Shown: piece by piece, positions 22,694 to 34,796 of the stretch
Position numbering within the stretch: position 1 is the first letter of the stretch
Layout of the letters: each line of letters opens with the position of its first letter
Made by a program: the position numbers and the translations under genes
The notes under the pieces: model-generated
Databases searched by the model: none
The model's input: the letters and a program-made list of their open reading frames with translations, nothing else
What the model was told of the DNA's origin: nothing
Source: Haliotis rubra
Taxonomy: Eukaryota
Length of the DNA: 62,908 nucleotides
Direction of reading: 5' to 3'
Assembly: GCF_003918875.1 (NCBI RefSeq)
Contig: NW_025767689.1
Span: 310,001-372,908, forward strand

Positions 22694-25600
22694 GAGTTCC
22701 ATTTACCAGGAAGAAATATGGCGAGGAAGTTCATTATTGAAAACCTGAGAACTGGGTGTCGTAGGAGTATTTATAAACACGAACTTGACTTCGATGACAG
22801 TGACGATGATATGTTACTTAGCATTCCTGAAATGACACCTGCGTTTGATGAACCAGAGCCAAATATACCTGCCTAGGATATAACAAGGTTTGTAAGTGCA
22901 GACGAGAGCAGGCTACAACAACTGGCTAAAAGTAGGAATGAAACAGAGAACAGCACTAAACGGTGTTAAAGATATTTAGAGTTACGGACAAATGTGAATA
23001 TTTCAGCAGCCTATGATTTATATAAACAGTCAGTAAATGAACACCTAAATCATTTTATCATCATGAAAACAACAATTTGTGTAATTTAATGAAACAATAT
23101 AGAAATAGATTAGAAACCTATATTTTGACCACTAAAGAGTTTAAAGAGGAAACTTACCTGTAGCTAAGATTTATATTCTGACTTCCCAACCAGTAATATC
23201 CAATCATAGAAATGACACAAACACAATATATTTTCCAGATTGGCTTCAGAGCAACAGCCCTTGGAATTTGAGATGTGACCCGTTGTTGAACTCAATGATG
23301 TAACCTGTTGATGAGGACAGCCAAGATGTCACCAGTTTCACGGTTCCGTCAGGTAAAAGTTATAAATGGCTCATTATGCCCATGGGCTTGGTTTCTGCAA
23401 CTAGCTCGTTTGCATATCTTATGTCAAACCTGTTCTCTTCTATGGCATTCAAATTCACCTTGGTATACTTGGATGACATATTGGTGTATAGTAAGACATT
23501 TGAAGAACATTTAGAACATCTGAAGGCAGTATTTGATAAGCTGAGGGAGGCTAACTTGAAGCTGAAGCCCTCAAAATGCAAATTTGCTTTAAGGTAGGTT
23601 GCCTTTCTGGGACATGTGATAACTAAGGAGGGTATCAAGACCGATCCCAATAAGATTGAAGCTGTGAAATCCTTTCCCAAACCTAAGAATGTAGGAGAGT
23701 TGAGAAGCTTTTTGGGTTTGTGTGAATTTTACAGAAAGTTTGTTAAGGACTATGCCCACATAGTGTCTCCCCTGAATACACTACTTGGTAAAGACATACC
23801 ATTTGTTTGGTCAGAGGAGGTTGACAAGGCGTTTCAGACCTTACGAGAAGCAGTGATATCTTCTCCCATCCTGGCTTTCCCAGATTTTAACAAACCCTTC
23901 ATACTGTACACTGAGAGTAGTGCTTTTTGCAATTGAGTTTGTACTTGGCCAACACGACTCTGAAGGCCGAGAGTAATAGCATATGGTGGAAAGAGCCTGA
24001 ACAAGACACAACGCCAATACCACATCACAATGAAGGAATGCTTGGCATTGGCGACTGGTGTCAAACATTTCCACTTATATCTTGCTCCAAATAAGCTTCA
24101 GGTTATCACTGATCATGCTGCCTTGAAATACCTGAAGGATATTAAGGACCCTACAGGTAAAAAAGCCAGGTGGTCATTGCTGCTTACTCAGTATGACTAT
24201 GAGGTGATCTACCGTCATGGTGAAAAGCATGGCAATGCAGATGCCTTGAGTAGAAGGGAGTATGATCCCTCTCCTGCAAATGACTATGACGACATTGAAG
24301 ATGAGGACTGGATATTGTCATTGTCAGATAATGACAATCGACAAGAGAAAGCAGTCACAACAGTGTCATCGGTCTCTCCTATGACTCACATGGAGAAGAC
24401 TGGTCTGACAACAACTAAGTTGCGTAGTCTACAGTTGGCTGATGAGAAGTTCAGACGCATTATTGATTATCTCGTATCAGATGTGTTGCCAGATGATGAT
24501 GAGACCGCTGATGACTTTCTCATGAAGGATGGTATTCTTTATCATCTCTATGCTCCAAGGGGGAAAGTTTCTAGGGAACTTCGCTATGTGAAACAACTTG
24601 CCATGCCTCAGGAATTGTATGAAACAATTTTGCATGCTTATCATGATAACTTACTAGCATCTCATATGGGTGTGGAAAGATGCTATGCCTTTATCAGACA
24701 GAGATATTTTGGGTATGGCATGTATGTGAGGATACGTGCTTGGGTGGCTTCTTGTGTGGATTGCCAGTCAGCAAAGAGATATATCCACGCCAAGCCAGCA
24801 CCTTTACAACCTCTACCAGTGGTAGATGTTTTTCAGAGGTGGCATGTCGACCTGATAGGTCCATTGAAGGAATCTTCTGAGGGATTCAAATACATCATGC
24901 TTTGCATTGATGCAGCTACTAAATGGCCTGAATGCTTTCCATTGAAAAGCAAGGAGTCATTTGAAGTGGCCAGAGTGATATATGATCAAGTCATTAGCAG
25001 ATACTCATGTCCACAGAGTATACTCACTGACAGAGGGAAGGAGTTTACCTCCAAACTGTTGAATGAGCGAGGTGTGCCGATTGTTGGATATAGGCAGATT
25101 GAAAACTAGCCCCTTCCATCCTGAAACAAAAAGTCCATGCTGAACTCATGAATAGTGTTATTGGTCAAACACTCAGGATTTATGGTGATAAGAAACAAGA
25201 AAAATGTCCAAAGCTGTTGCCTAGAATTCTAGCTGGTTACAGAATGAGCCCTGCGGTTAGCTCAACAGGTTTCTCTCCATATTTTATGGTGTTTGGGATG
25301 GAAACAAGGTTACCAATTGACAATGTGTTGGAACCTCACAAGACTGGTTTTCCTGTTCAAACTCATACTGATTTAAGACAGTTACTGAGCAATATTGAGA
25401 TTACCAGAGAGATTGCTCAGGAGAATGTGAAGGTTGCTCAAGAGGTATACAAACAACAATTTGACAAGAAGTCAGCAGAGCCTCCATATCGTGTTGGAGT
25501 CACAGTTTGGCTCTACTGTTCAAAAGTGCCAAAAGGGTTTAGCAGAAAACTCTATAAATCTTGGCAGGGACCTTTCTATGTGGTATGGAAATATCCATCT

Positions 25601-25793
25601 CACACATTTCAGTTACGCAGATGTGGTGATGATAAGCCTATCAGATCACCCATTCATGCAAACAGACTGAAACCATACTTCAGTCCAGATGCTCGGCCTT
25701 TGGCAACTCCGATGGATTTATCTGATGATGAGGAGCTAGACCCTGAGATGATTCCTGATGAAGAGGTCATCATGTGGAAACAGGATACAGGTA

Positions 25794-28047
25794 ACTTGTT
25801 TGAGTGGCATTTTAGAAGTTGAGACGTACAATATATAACAAGTTTTATGGATAACAACTTCTTTATTTTCGTGAGTGCGACGTTTCGATACAGATTCTTG
25901 TACCGTTGTCAAGCAAGAGTGATACATGAAGTGTAGGAGCTGCATATATATACTGTATATAACAATGAAACAACATAATAGACAAAGGAAACAACATAAT
26001 TGCCATGATTGGCTAAGCAGTAAGCTGATGAAGCCAGTAAGTACATAAAGGATAGTGAATGGAAGCCAGAGATGTAGTTACAATGAGATGTTTATACAAT
26101 GGATGCGATGTTTATACAATAGACTGGGCTTGGTGGAGGAGTGGATCATAAGCAGATGGAATGGAGTATCCTTGAATGCGGTTGATGGTAGGCTTGTGGC
26201 GTTTGATGTGAATGGCTTCTGTGAGCTTGCGTTTAGTGAAGTCCGTTTTGGTTGTTGGCGAGAATGGTGATGTCGGACCACTCTATTTGATGATTGGGGT
26301 TGGCTTTGACGCGTGGTCAGAGATAGCTGATTTGGTGTCGGAATTAGCAACAGAGGTGCGATGTTCTTTTGACTCGGGTGTTGATGGGTCGGGATGGCTG
26401 CACCTATGTAGCATTGTCCACAATCACAGTCTATTTTGTAAATAACACATTTCGGGTTGTTGTTGTTGACGGTGGGTTGTTTTTTCTTCCGTTGGCATGG
26501 AGGAGGGTTGTTGAGGCTGGAGGACGCTGAGAAAGGTAGTGTCTATTCCTGCCTGTTGTTTCAGGAGTCGGCTGATTTGGTGTGATGGTTTACCAATGTA
26601 GGGAATGGATATCTTGATGGGGGCTGATTCTGGTTTAGATCTTTTGGCAGGAGGTGAAAACGTTGCTTCGATGGTTCTGTTGACTATTTCCAGGTGGGTA
26701 GTGGTTGCGTTCTACAAAGACTTTCCTCAGGTGTTCAATTTCTTCCTGTAGGTTTGTTGAGCAGATGTTTTTGGCTCTTCTGGTCAATGTAGAGATGACG
26801 CCGGTCTTGAGCTTTAGGGGGTGGTTGGGTTATAGTGGATGTATTGATCCGTATGAGTTGGTTTTCTGTACACGGAGGTCTGGAGTTGGTTGCAGGAGGT
26901 GCGGGACACAAGGACATCAAGGAAAGGTAGTTGGTTGTTCTGCTCTGTTTCAATGGTGAATTTGATGCGGGGATGTTGGCTGTTGAGATGGGCGAGGAGC
27001 TGCTTTGGATCTTGCTGAGGTTGGAGGACGACAAAGGTGTCATCCACTTTGCTGTACCAGCAGGACGGTTTGAAGGGTGCAGTTTCTAGGGCCTTCTCAT
27101 AACCAACTCATACGGATCAATACATCCACTACAACTCCAACCACCCCCCTAAAGTCAAGACCGGCGTCATCTCTACATTGACCAGAAGAGCCAAAAACAT
27201 CTGCTCAACAAACCTACAGGGAAGAAATTGAACACCTGAGGAAAGTCTTTGTAGAACGCAGCCACTACACCTAGTCAACCTGCTCGAAGCAACGCTTTCA
27301 CCTCCTGCCAAAGAATCTAAGCGAATAAATTTATCCAAGATATCAAATTCCCTACATTGCTAAACCATCACCAAATCGGCATACTCCTGAGCGACAGGAG
27401 ACCAGGCACTTACGCCTCTCAGCGTCCTCCAGCCTTTGCCTCCTCCATGCCAACGGAAGAAAAGCAACCCACCGTCAACAACTGGCAACCCAGCTGTATT
27501 CATTTACAAAATGCTACTGTGATTGTGGAACAATGCTACATAGGTGAAACATCACGACCCGTAACACCCGAGTCAAGAGCATCGCACCTCTGTTGCCCAG
27601 TCCGACACCAAATCGGCTATCTCTGATACATCAAAAGCCAACCCCGTCATCAGAGAGAGGTCCGGTCACCATTCTCATCTTCATACTCAAGCTCACAAGG
27701 TTTTCACGGCAAACGGCATCCGGCGCCGACCAAGCTTCAAATCGGCTGTGGTCATATACTCCCATTCAGTCTTATGATCAAACATCGCAAGCGAGCATGC
27801 ATCCATCTGGTACTAATTACATCTCTGGCTCCGACTCACTATCCTACTATTGCTGGCAATAAACTCGCTGGCAGCCAATCATGTGATATGTTGTTCCTTT
27901 CTCTATATGTTGTTTCGTGATTATATGATATATATATGCAGCTCTACTTCGTAATATCACTCTTAACATGACAACGGTACGGAAGTCTGCTAATCAACGT
28001 CACTCACGAAGATAAAGTTGTTATCCATAAAACTTGTTATATATTGT
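25794..28047. mobile_element. Penelope-like element: two 5'-truncated copies in inverted orientation
   Basis: The minus arm 25827-~27097 carries RT (VDDTFVV, LPFLDVLV, VYRKPTHTDQYIHY) and GIY-YIG (CVIYKIDCDCGQCYIG). The plus arm ~27100-28048 is its degraded inverted copy. A 12-bp TSD aggatacaggta lies at 25782-25793 and 28048-28059. Confidence 0.88.
25876..25915 (-). ncRNA. Minimal type I hammerhead ribozyme variant in the Penelope pLTR
   Basis: The minus strand reads tgc-TTGACAA-c-ggtaca-agaatc-tgtatc-GAAA-c-GTC-gca. This gives a U3-A8 core variant, a 6-bp stem II, a palindromic minimal stem III, a GUC cleavage triplet and a 3-bp stem I. Confidence 0.6.
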
Positions 28048-28049
28048 AG

Positions 28050-28364
28050 GATACAGGTACTCCTTCAGATGAAGAGAATTATGGAGATGAAAGTGGTACA
28101 GACACACACGAAGCAACAGATGTGTCAGACGATGATATTGCTGATGAAACATCATCTAGTCCTGCAACTGAGGACAGACAAATTGAAGCCATCGAGAAAT
28201 GCATGTCGGATCGTAAAGGAAAATGGTACAAGGTGCGATATGCAGGTGTCTCAAAATGTGAATGGGTTCTATGGGAGTTTCTCTCTGCAGAAATAGTGGA
28301 AGACTTCCACATCAGAAAAACAATGAAAGGAAAAGCGAAACGGAAGCACAAGAACAAACGATAG
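28050..28364 (+). pseudogene. C-terminal acidic linker plus chromodomain-like end of the Gypsy integrase
   Basis: In frame with ORF 25148-25793 once the Penelope and one TSD copy are removed. It reads IEAIEKCMSDRKGKWYKVRYAGVSKCEWVLWEFLSAEIVEDF. Confidence 0.65.
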
Positions 28365-30143
28365 GATTCCTGATCAAAATGTTCCTGAAACTCTGAGTAT
28401 AAGATAGTAGATATATTTTTAAGTCCTACTTTATCATGACATGTGTCAATTCATATGGGTACCCAAAAGTTATCAGTATTGAATAGTCAAAGATAAAGAA
28501 AGAGACCTCGCCTATGGCCATTGATGAATTTGTAGCGGTGGGAGACCGCACCAATGAAACTTGATGAATTTGTAGCAGAGAGAGACCGCCTTTATACAAA
28601 GCAGAGGGACTGCATTCGTGAACATAAAAGCTCAAAAGAGTCTAGAGATGACTGACACTCTCTAGTGTGGGGTAGATAGGCATCTACCTCAGGTTGCTGA
28701 AATACTGAGGACAGTCGAAAGACTAACGATGAATTCATTCGGGACGAAGGACGGAGTGTCGATCTGTCTCATAGCCTGGGTGAAGACCTATTGATATATT
28801 TGTATGTATGTTGGAGCTTAAGCCATTAATCAGTCGCACTGGACATGCTCTACAAAAGGAGGAGCATGTATAACCAGGATATTTAGAATTGAAAATATTA
28901 TATACATTTGATAAATATTTGAGGAAAATTTGAAGTCAAGTTAAGAAGGGTTAATGTACAGGGAAAGTACATTGACCAAACTAACCGAATTCTTATTGAT
29001 TAACTTTTTTCTCTACACAAATTAGGTGGATAAACATTCGGGACATTCTGAATCAAGATGGTCAGTTTGTCGGTAAAAGGGCACACAGAGGATCTGAAAT
29101 GATTGGATTTAGTATCTTCTGGCGCCGACCAGTCTGAAATATTAGTTAGATATTTGTTAGATATGTCAATGGTTGGTTGATGGATGGCTTAAAGCTAACT
29201 AGCAATGCAATGTTATAACTGGAAGAATTTGATGGTACCAAATAAAGTCTCGGAAAGGTACTAATGAAAGTAACTAATTATTAAGATGGGACATGAGTAA
29301 TTTTTGTATGACGTAGGACATTATTTCGGGGGCGAGGAGCCAAAATTGTCAGATGTTCTATTTTGTCACAAGTCGAGGGAGCAGAGAGCGATTCTTGGCC
29401 CCACCGTTGACTGGAGTGATTCTCTTTGTATAATTTTAGAGAATTAACTTATAGTATTGAGAGTTATACAAGAAACCAACAAGTTCTTCCAGGAAGTTTG
29501 TGAACCAATGTTGTGTGTAATCCAGGAGAACTAGGTAATTTCTGAGGACCATTGTCTGAGATTTCCTACCAACAATAAACAGGACTTAAACACCATATTG
29601 GACTTATCTTTGACTATTCATCTCAGCTACATCATCCCCGGGACAAGAGTAGATAGACAGATTGCCTAGGGAGAAGGGTATAACACCCCGACACCCTCAG
29701 GTAACAGAACACGCAGACGATTTTACACAGAAGTTCGAACAAGGAATGGGAAGGAATATTCAAAATCGGCTCTGTCAACTGTGCGGCAATCAATAGACAT
29801 CTGACATCACCTCCATCTCATCGGCAAATAAACATTATGCAGGACAAAGAGTTCATGTCGTCGAACCATGTGTTTGTAGGTCTGGTTAAAGATATGAAGC
29901 AGGCTGGCAAGGATGTAACCAACATCATGATCCTATTTCATCTGGCGATATGGAGTGTTTATACTCCAGTGGTACGCTGTCCCATAAGACCCCTCTCTCA
30001 CTTGTCAGGAAAGTGTGGTTTGAGGTGACCCTTCATTTTGGGAGGCGTGGCATTGAGGGTCTTAAGGGTCTACGCGGTGACTCGCTTGTTATGTTACAGA
30101 ATGACACTAGGTGAGAGTATTTCCAAATGTCCTATAATGAGGC

Positions 30144-30601
30144 ATTCGTAACTACTCGTGTCGTTCCGGCAAGCCGGATGGCGTCTCGTACCCCTCTCGT
30201 GGCCATGTTTACGACTGGGCCGTGTCTAAGCGCAAACGGGCATGGAGATGAAAATAGTCTAGTACTATTGCCAAGGAAAGATAACTCTGAATTTCCAAAC
30301 ATGGCTCCTAGAATATCCCATATCGCGTGGGCAAAACAGTGATACAGTCATTCCCTTTGTAAATATATTTCAGTGTTTAAAGTTTCTGATCCTTTAGCTC
30401 AAAGTTTCTGTTTAAATTATTGCTGCATAGTTTAGCGAGAAGTTTCAAACTTCAGCGGTGCGCCATTTTTCGTGCTTGAAATCGTTTTACTACCTGTGAT
30501 TTGATTGGATTTGTTTGCGATTCTTGGCAATAATGGCGATGCGATAGAGTGCGAAGTCTTCTTGTAGGTCACGGAAAGAAGCTGTCACCGAATTCACAAT
30601 A
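30144..30601 (+). mobile_element. Short retroposed insertion with (AAT)n tail inside the Crypton gene
   Basis: A 10-bp TSD ataatgaggc lies at 30134-30143 and 30602-30611. Removing the insertion restores MSYNEA|DKTHHG. Confidence 0.75.
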
Positions 30602-31571
30602 ATAATGAGGCTGATAAAACTCATCATGGGGTAGACGGTAAAGAACAATCAAAAGCCTGGTATGTATCAAACTAGGGGTATAAACTGCCCTGTAAGAAAG
30701 TTTGAAATTGTACCTTTCTAAAGCGAAACAATTCCGTCAGTGCTTTTCAGCGTCCACTTGTCATTCAAAATCCCTATTGCTGGTTTTGCACAATCGGCAA
30801 TGGGTGAACACACCCTGAATAAAACTATAATGGAGCCATATATAGGGTGGATGGTTTGTATAAACTTACACTAACCACTGTGTATGTGCAACCATGATGA
30901 TTAAGCTGTCTGAAGAAGCGGGGTAGGGGCACTTGGAGTCATGTCAGTAACAAACCACAGGAATGAGCAATCACTTAAAAGCTATATTACCACGACATCG
31001 GTAGCTCAACGAAGGGCACACAGTAACATATTGCAAGGCAACAACAGCGCAATCAATGCTCTTCCGCCATGTTTGTCAAGTGACAAGGTTGTTTCATGTC
31101 AGGTCATGGAGCCCCAGAGCATTTGTGACGTCTGTTCGAGTAAAATGTCTCTGCCTGGTGCTGTGTCATACAGTGCAACCAGTTCAGAAAGTACCCCTTT
31201 TCATGGTGTAAAGCTCCTGCGAATATTAGCAGGGGTACTACCATCCTCGTGCTTTAATTATAATTTACTGGACAGCAAAAGAAACGCAAGTTTCGAAAAA
31301 CTGAAATCCCATGAAGGTAAGCATTCATGTTTATAGAACGTTCATGGTAAAGTGACGTAATGATCCCAGATGAGATGATGTCATGCAGTTTGACGTCCAT
31401 ACGAACCATTCACACAAACACACCAACAGTGCAGGCAAAGCATAATTTTACCACGTGCATCGACGGTTATGGATGAAAAGCATGCATTTCACTCTGAGGT
31501 ATCCTTTATAAAGGTTTGTGTCAAAAAACAGTTCAGTATTGACACTAGGAGATGTACACGCCACACAAACG

Positions 31572-32200
31572 ATGCCTAGACTAACGACTGAGCAGAGGGG
31601 AATGGCCATTGGAAAGTTACGGAGGTAGCTCTGCAACGCTGTAGCTGACAATTGGGTTGTCATCTTACCACCATTACACAACTTGCTCCAGCGTCATCAG
31701 CAAAGCGGGTTGCTGCTGATAGAGTAAGCTGTACCGGACGGCAGCAGTGGCAACTCATGCGCCAAAATCGGTTCATCGGTCACTCATCTAAGGAACCGAA
31801 CTCAAGCAGCAACAGTAACAACTGCCTTAGTTCTTGGGTGAAGGGGAGCAGTGCCAAGCGATACGATTAGGCGTCGTCTTTGGGCTGCTGGAATCCACTG
31901 CCGAAGGCCATATGTGGGGCCAATTTTGGCACGTCAACAACGCCAGCAATGTTTGCAGCCCTCACACAGCAAGGGTGTCGATGGATTATCTGGCTCAGAA
32001 CAACATTAGCGTCTCTTTCCCCGGATATGGCTCCCATTGAACATCCTTGGACGAAATTGGACGGAGGATAGCTGCAGGTAGATGAACACTCACAACTTGC
32101 ACAATTGGAATAGAGATTGGTGTTTGAGCGGAACCAGTTGCCTAAGGCATTCTTTCAGACTCTAGTGAACTCAATGAGCCCACGTTGCACGGCTTGTTCA
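31572..32200 (+). pseudogene. Tc1/mariner transposase remnant
   Basis: The N-terminus reads MPRLTTEQRGMAIGKL. The C-terminal motifs SPHTARVSMDYLAQNNI and SPDMAPIEHPW correspond to the SPDLNPIE motif. The remnant is internally deleted and frameshifted. Confidence 0.8.
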
Positions 32201-33442
32201 GTAAAGTTCAGGGCAAATCTATACTTTATTACAAAACACATTGGGGTAGAGCGAACTTTATTTCCTAAATAAAAACACATTTAAGTAGCCATTTCCATGC
32301 TTTAAAGAGAATTATCGCCCTTGCATACTCGCAATTTCAAGAAAATATCATAACTATATAGTGTTATTCTGTGTAGAAGTAAAATGAGACTAAAAATATT
32401 ACATAAAAGGTCATAAAAAGATCACTAAAAATATTGAAGGTTGGTGGTAGTATTCTTAAGTTTGTGGTTTTATGCATCTGTCAGTCTTGTTGACATTTGG
32501 TTGCATTTGTCCAGTATTTCAGATGAATTTTATTCATCTAAACATTCTTATTATGTTTAGGATTAAAAAAAATATGCTGGATCAAGAGTACAGTCTCCTT
32601 CTGGATTGTTGTTTATCACCTGATCCTAATTCATAGCTCTCAATTGGCTAATTTCAAATTCCCATAATTCGCATGCAGCAGTATGGGCACCTCTGTAATA
32701 ACACTTCAGTATAGCACAGTACAGCACTCAGGCAACAAGGCATCAAGGTTCAACTGGCAGATAAAACATTTAACAGGTCAGCTAAATACTTCAACACTAA
32801 ATTATGCTTAATTGCTTAAGCTTCATTAACTTAATTGCAGTCTAAATGTTATTTGGTAATTTGTAATATATGGTCATGTTGTAAATGAACTAAAGTTGGT
32901 AAATTACAGTAAAGCCAAAGTTCATGTTGTATTGTAGTGTAACTCATGTACAACCAAATAGCATTGTAAGTATGTTGCAGAGTCAACTTTGTGTTGTATA
33001 TAGTTTATAGACATAAATACAAATGTAGCAGCATAGGCAAAGCTTCTTCCAAATTCCAACTACAGGAAGTACCAGAGATTGCAAAAGACAGAGAAGTATA
33101 TTCTAGATCTGCTGGGGATCGAGGAAAACGATTGCAAGAAATACAAGAAGCAGCACACGTGGAAGAATGGAGAAGAGAAGCATGGGCTATCCTAGAAGGC
33201 AAAAAGACCGCACGGCAGATAGGACAAAAGCAGCATAGAGAAAAAGAACTGGAGTGACTAGGAGAAATAGTACGGGAGAAAAAGCAATACACAAAGAGAA
33301 CGGAAAAAGCTCACAAAGAGGTAGAAACAGCTTTACGAAACACTGACAAAAAACAAGAAAAAATTGTGTCCAGGGACAGGGACACGGATGCGGCCGCTGA
33401 CATTCATAAGACATATAAAGATCAATAATTGAACAAAATTCA

Positions 33443-34790
33443 CGAACAAGTTCAATAAACATCTATGCAACTATGACATGCACACCTTTCGAGTCTCAGT
33501 GAAACACATGTATAAGCTTAATCAATTCTGTTGAGCAGTTTTTGTGGAGAAGTGGATAGACTTAATCCCCTATTTCACTATCATCACAGAGAAATTCAGG
33601 AAAATTTATCTAAGTTAAAAATTCTCTAAACATACAAAAAAATTATAAAATACGAAAACAAAATATGAGATGGACACCTTTAGAGTCTCTATAAAATACA
33701 TATGTAAGCTAAATGAGTTTTGTGCAGTGGTTTTTGAGGAGAAGTGGATAAAGTACACCCCCTGGTGTATGGGACGAACTGGATAAATAGAGCCAATTCA
33801 AGTTCAAACATGGGTAGAAGTGACAAAATTAAGAAATTGGATGAACAAGGTATGAGACGCACACCTTTAGAGTCCCAATGAAACACACATAGAAGGCCAA
33901 TTCTGTTGAGCAGCTTTTGTGGAGAAGTTGATAGACTTCATCCCCCATAACACTATTTTCAGAGAGAAATTCAACAAAATTTATGCAAGTTTAAAGGCAT
34001 TAAAATTGGAAAAATAAATGAAATACAAAATCAAAATATGAGATGCACTCCTTTAGATTCCCTATAAAGCACATGTGTAATCTAAATGAATTCCAGAAAG
34101 TAGTTTTTGAGGAGAAGTGGATAACGTACACCCCCCGTTGGATGGAACGAACAGACTTAATAGAACAAAATTCAACTAAGTTAAAACATCTGTAAAAGTG
34201 ACAAAATTATGAAATTGGATGAACAAGGTATGACATGCACACCTTTAGAGTTCCAATGAAACACATGTAGAAGCTCAATCAATTCTGATGAGCAGCTTTT
34301 GTGGAGAAGTGGATAGACTTCACCCCCTACAACACTATATTCAGAGAGAAATTCAACAAAATGTATCTAAGTTCAAACGGATGGAACGAACACTGGCTGA
34401 ATAGAACGAGATTCAACTAAGTTCAAACATCTGTAAAAGTGACAAAACTAAGAAATTGCATAAAATATTATGAAATGCACACCTTTAGAGTCCCTACAAA
34501 AGACATCTAGAAGTTTTTATGGAGAAGTGGATAGACTTCATCCCCTATTACACTATCATCATAGAGAAATTCAGCAAAATGTACCTAAGTTCAAATGTCT
34601 CTAAACTTACCCAAAAAACCCAATAAAATAACAAAACAAAATATGAGATGCACACCATTAGAGTCCCAAGAAAGCCTATGTATAAATTCATTGAATTCCA
34701 CAGAGCGGTTATGGTGGAGAAGTGGATAGAATACATTCCCTGTTTCGTACAGACGGACAGACACCGAGGGTAACCCTATAAAAATAGCAG
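33443..34790 (+). repeat. Degenerate tandem array (~190-bp subunits), probably inside a Helentron/DINE-like element
   Basis: The unit cacacctttagagtccc...tttgtggagaagtggatagac...cagagagaaattca recurs about 7 times. The array ends in a cagacggacagac microsatellite. Confidence 0.7.
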
Positions 34791-34796
34791 ACGTTG

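Larger units (their letters stand above)
23299..29706 (+). mobile_element. Ty3/Gypsy retrotransposon, 5'-deleted (RT-RNaseH-integrase-chromo-like), inserted in the Crypton
   Basis: RT shows MPMGL..VYLDDILV..LKPSKC. RNase H shows ECLAL..TDHAALKYL..HGNADALSR. Integrase shows YHD..SH..CVDC, WHVDLIGP, ILTDRGKEF and SWQGPFYV (GPY/F). A PPT agggagaagggta lies at ~29668, and only stubs of LTR termini (tgtaac, gtaaca) remain. Confidence 0.88.
22625..31336 (+). pseudogene. Crypton-type tyrosine recombinase (DUF3504/KCTD1-ZMYM-related) gene, intron-containing, split by nested insertions
   Basis: 22625-~22980 reads ...RFVSADESRLQQLAKSRNETENST, followed by a putative intron ending at ttttccag 23238. 23239-23298 reads DWLQ..FE...VELN. 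~29707-30143 reads RRFYTEVRTRNGKEYSKSAL..INIMQDKEFMSSNHVF..VWFEVTLHFGRRGIEGL..YFQMSYNEA. 30612-31336 reads DKTHHG..NCPV..FQRP..MGEHTL..TNHCV.AT..MSVTNHRNEQSLKSY. The YR catalytic motif positions are in the expected order. Confidence 0.8.

Noticed and set aside
14755-32228. 9-bp inverted match taaagtata/tatacttta as termini of a giant element
   Set aside because: The match is too short and AT-rich, with no TSD.
32991-33360. K/R/E-rich ORF
   Set aside because: It is purine-rich low-complexity sequence with no domain or clear splice context.
33443-34790. Periodic conserved motifs resembling a CRISPR array
   Set aside because: The intervening sequences are homologous to each other, the period is ~190 bp, the context is eukaryotic and there are no cas genes.
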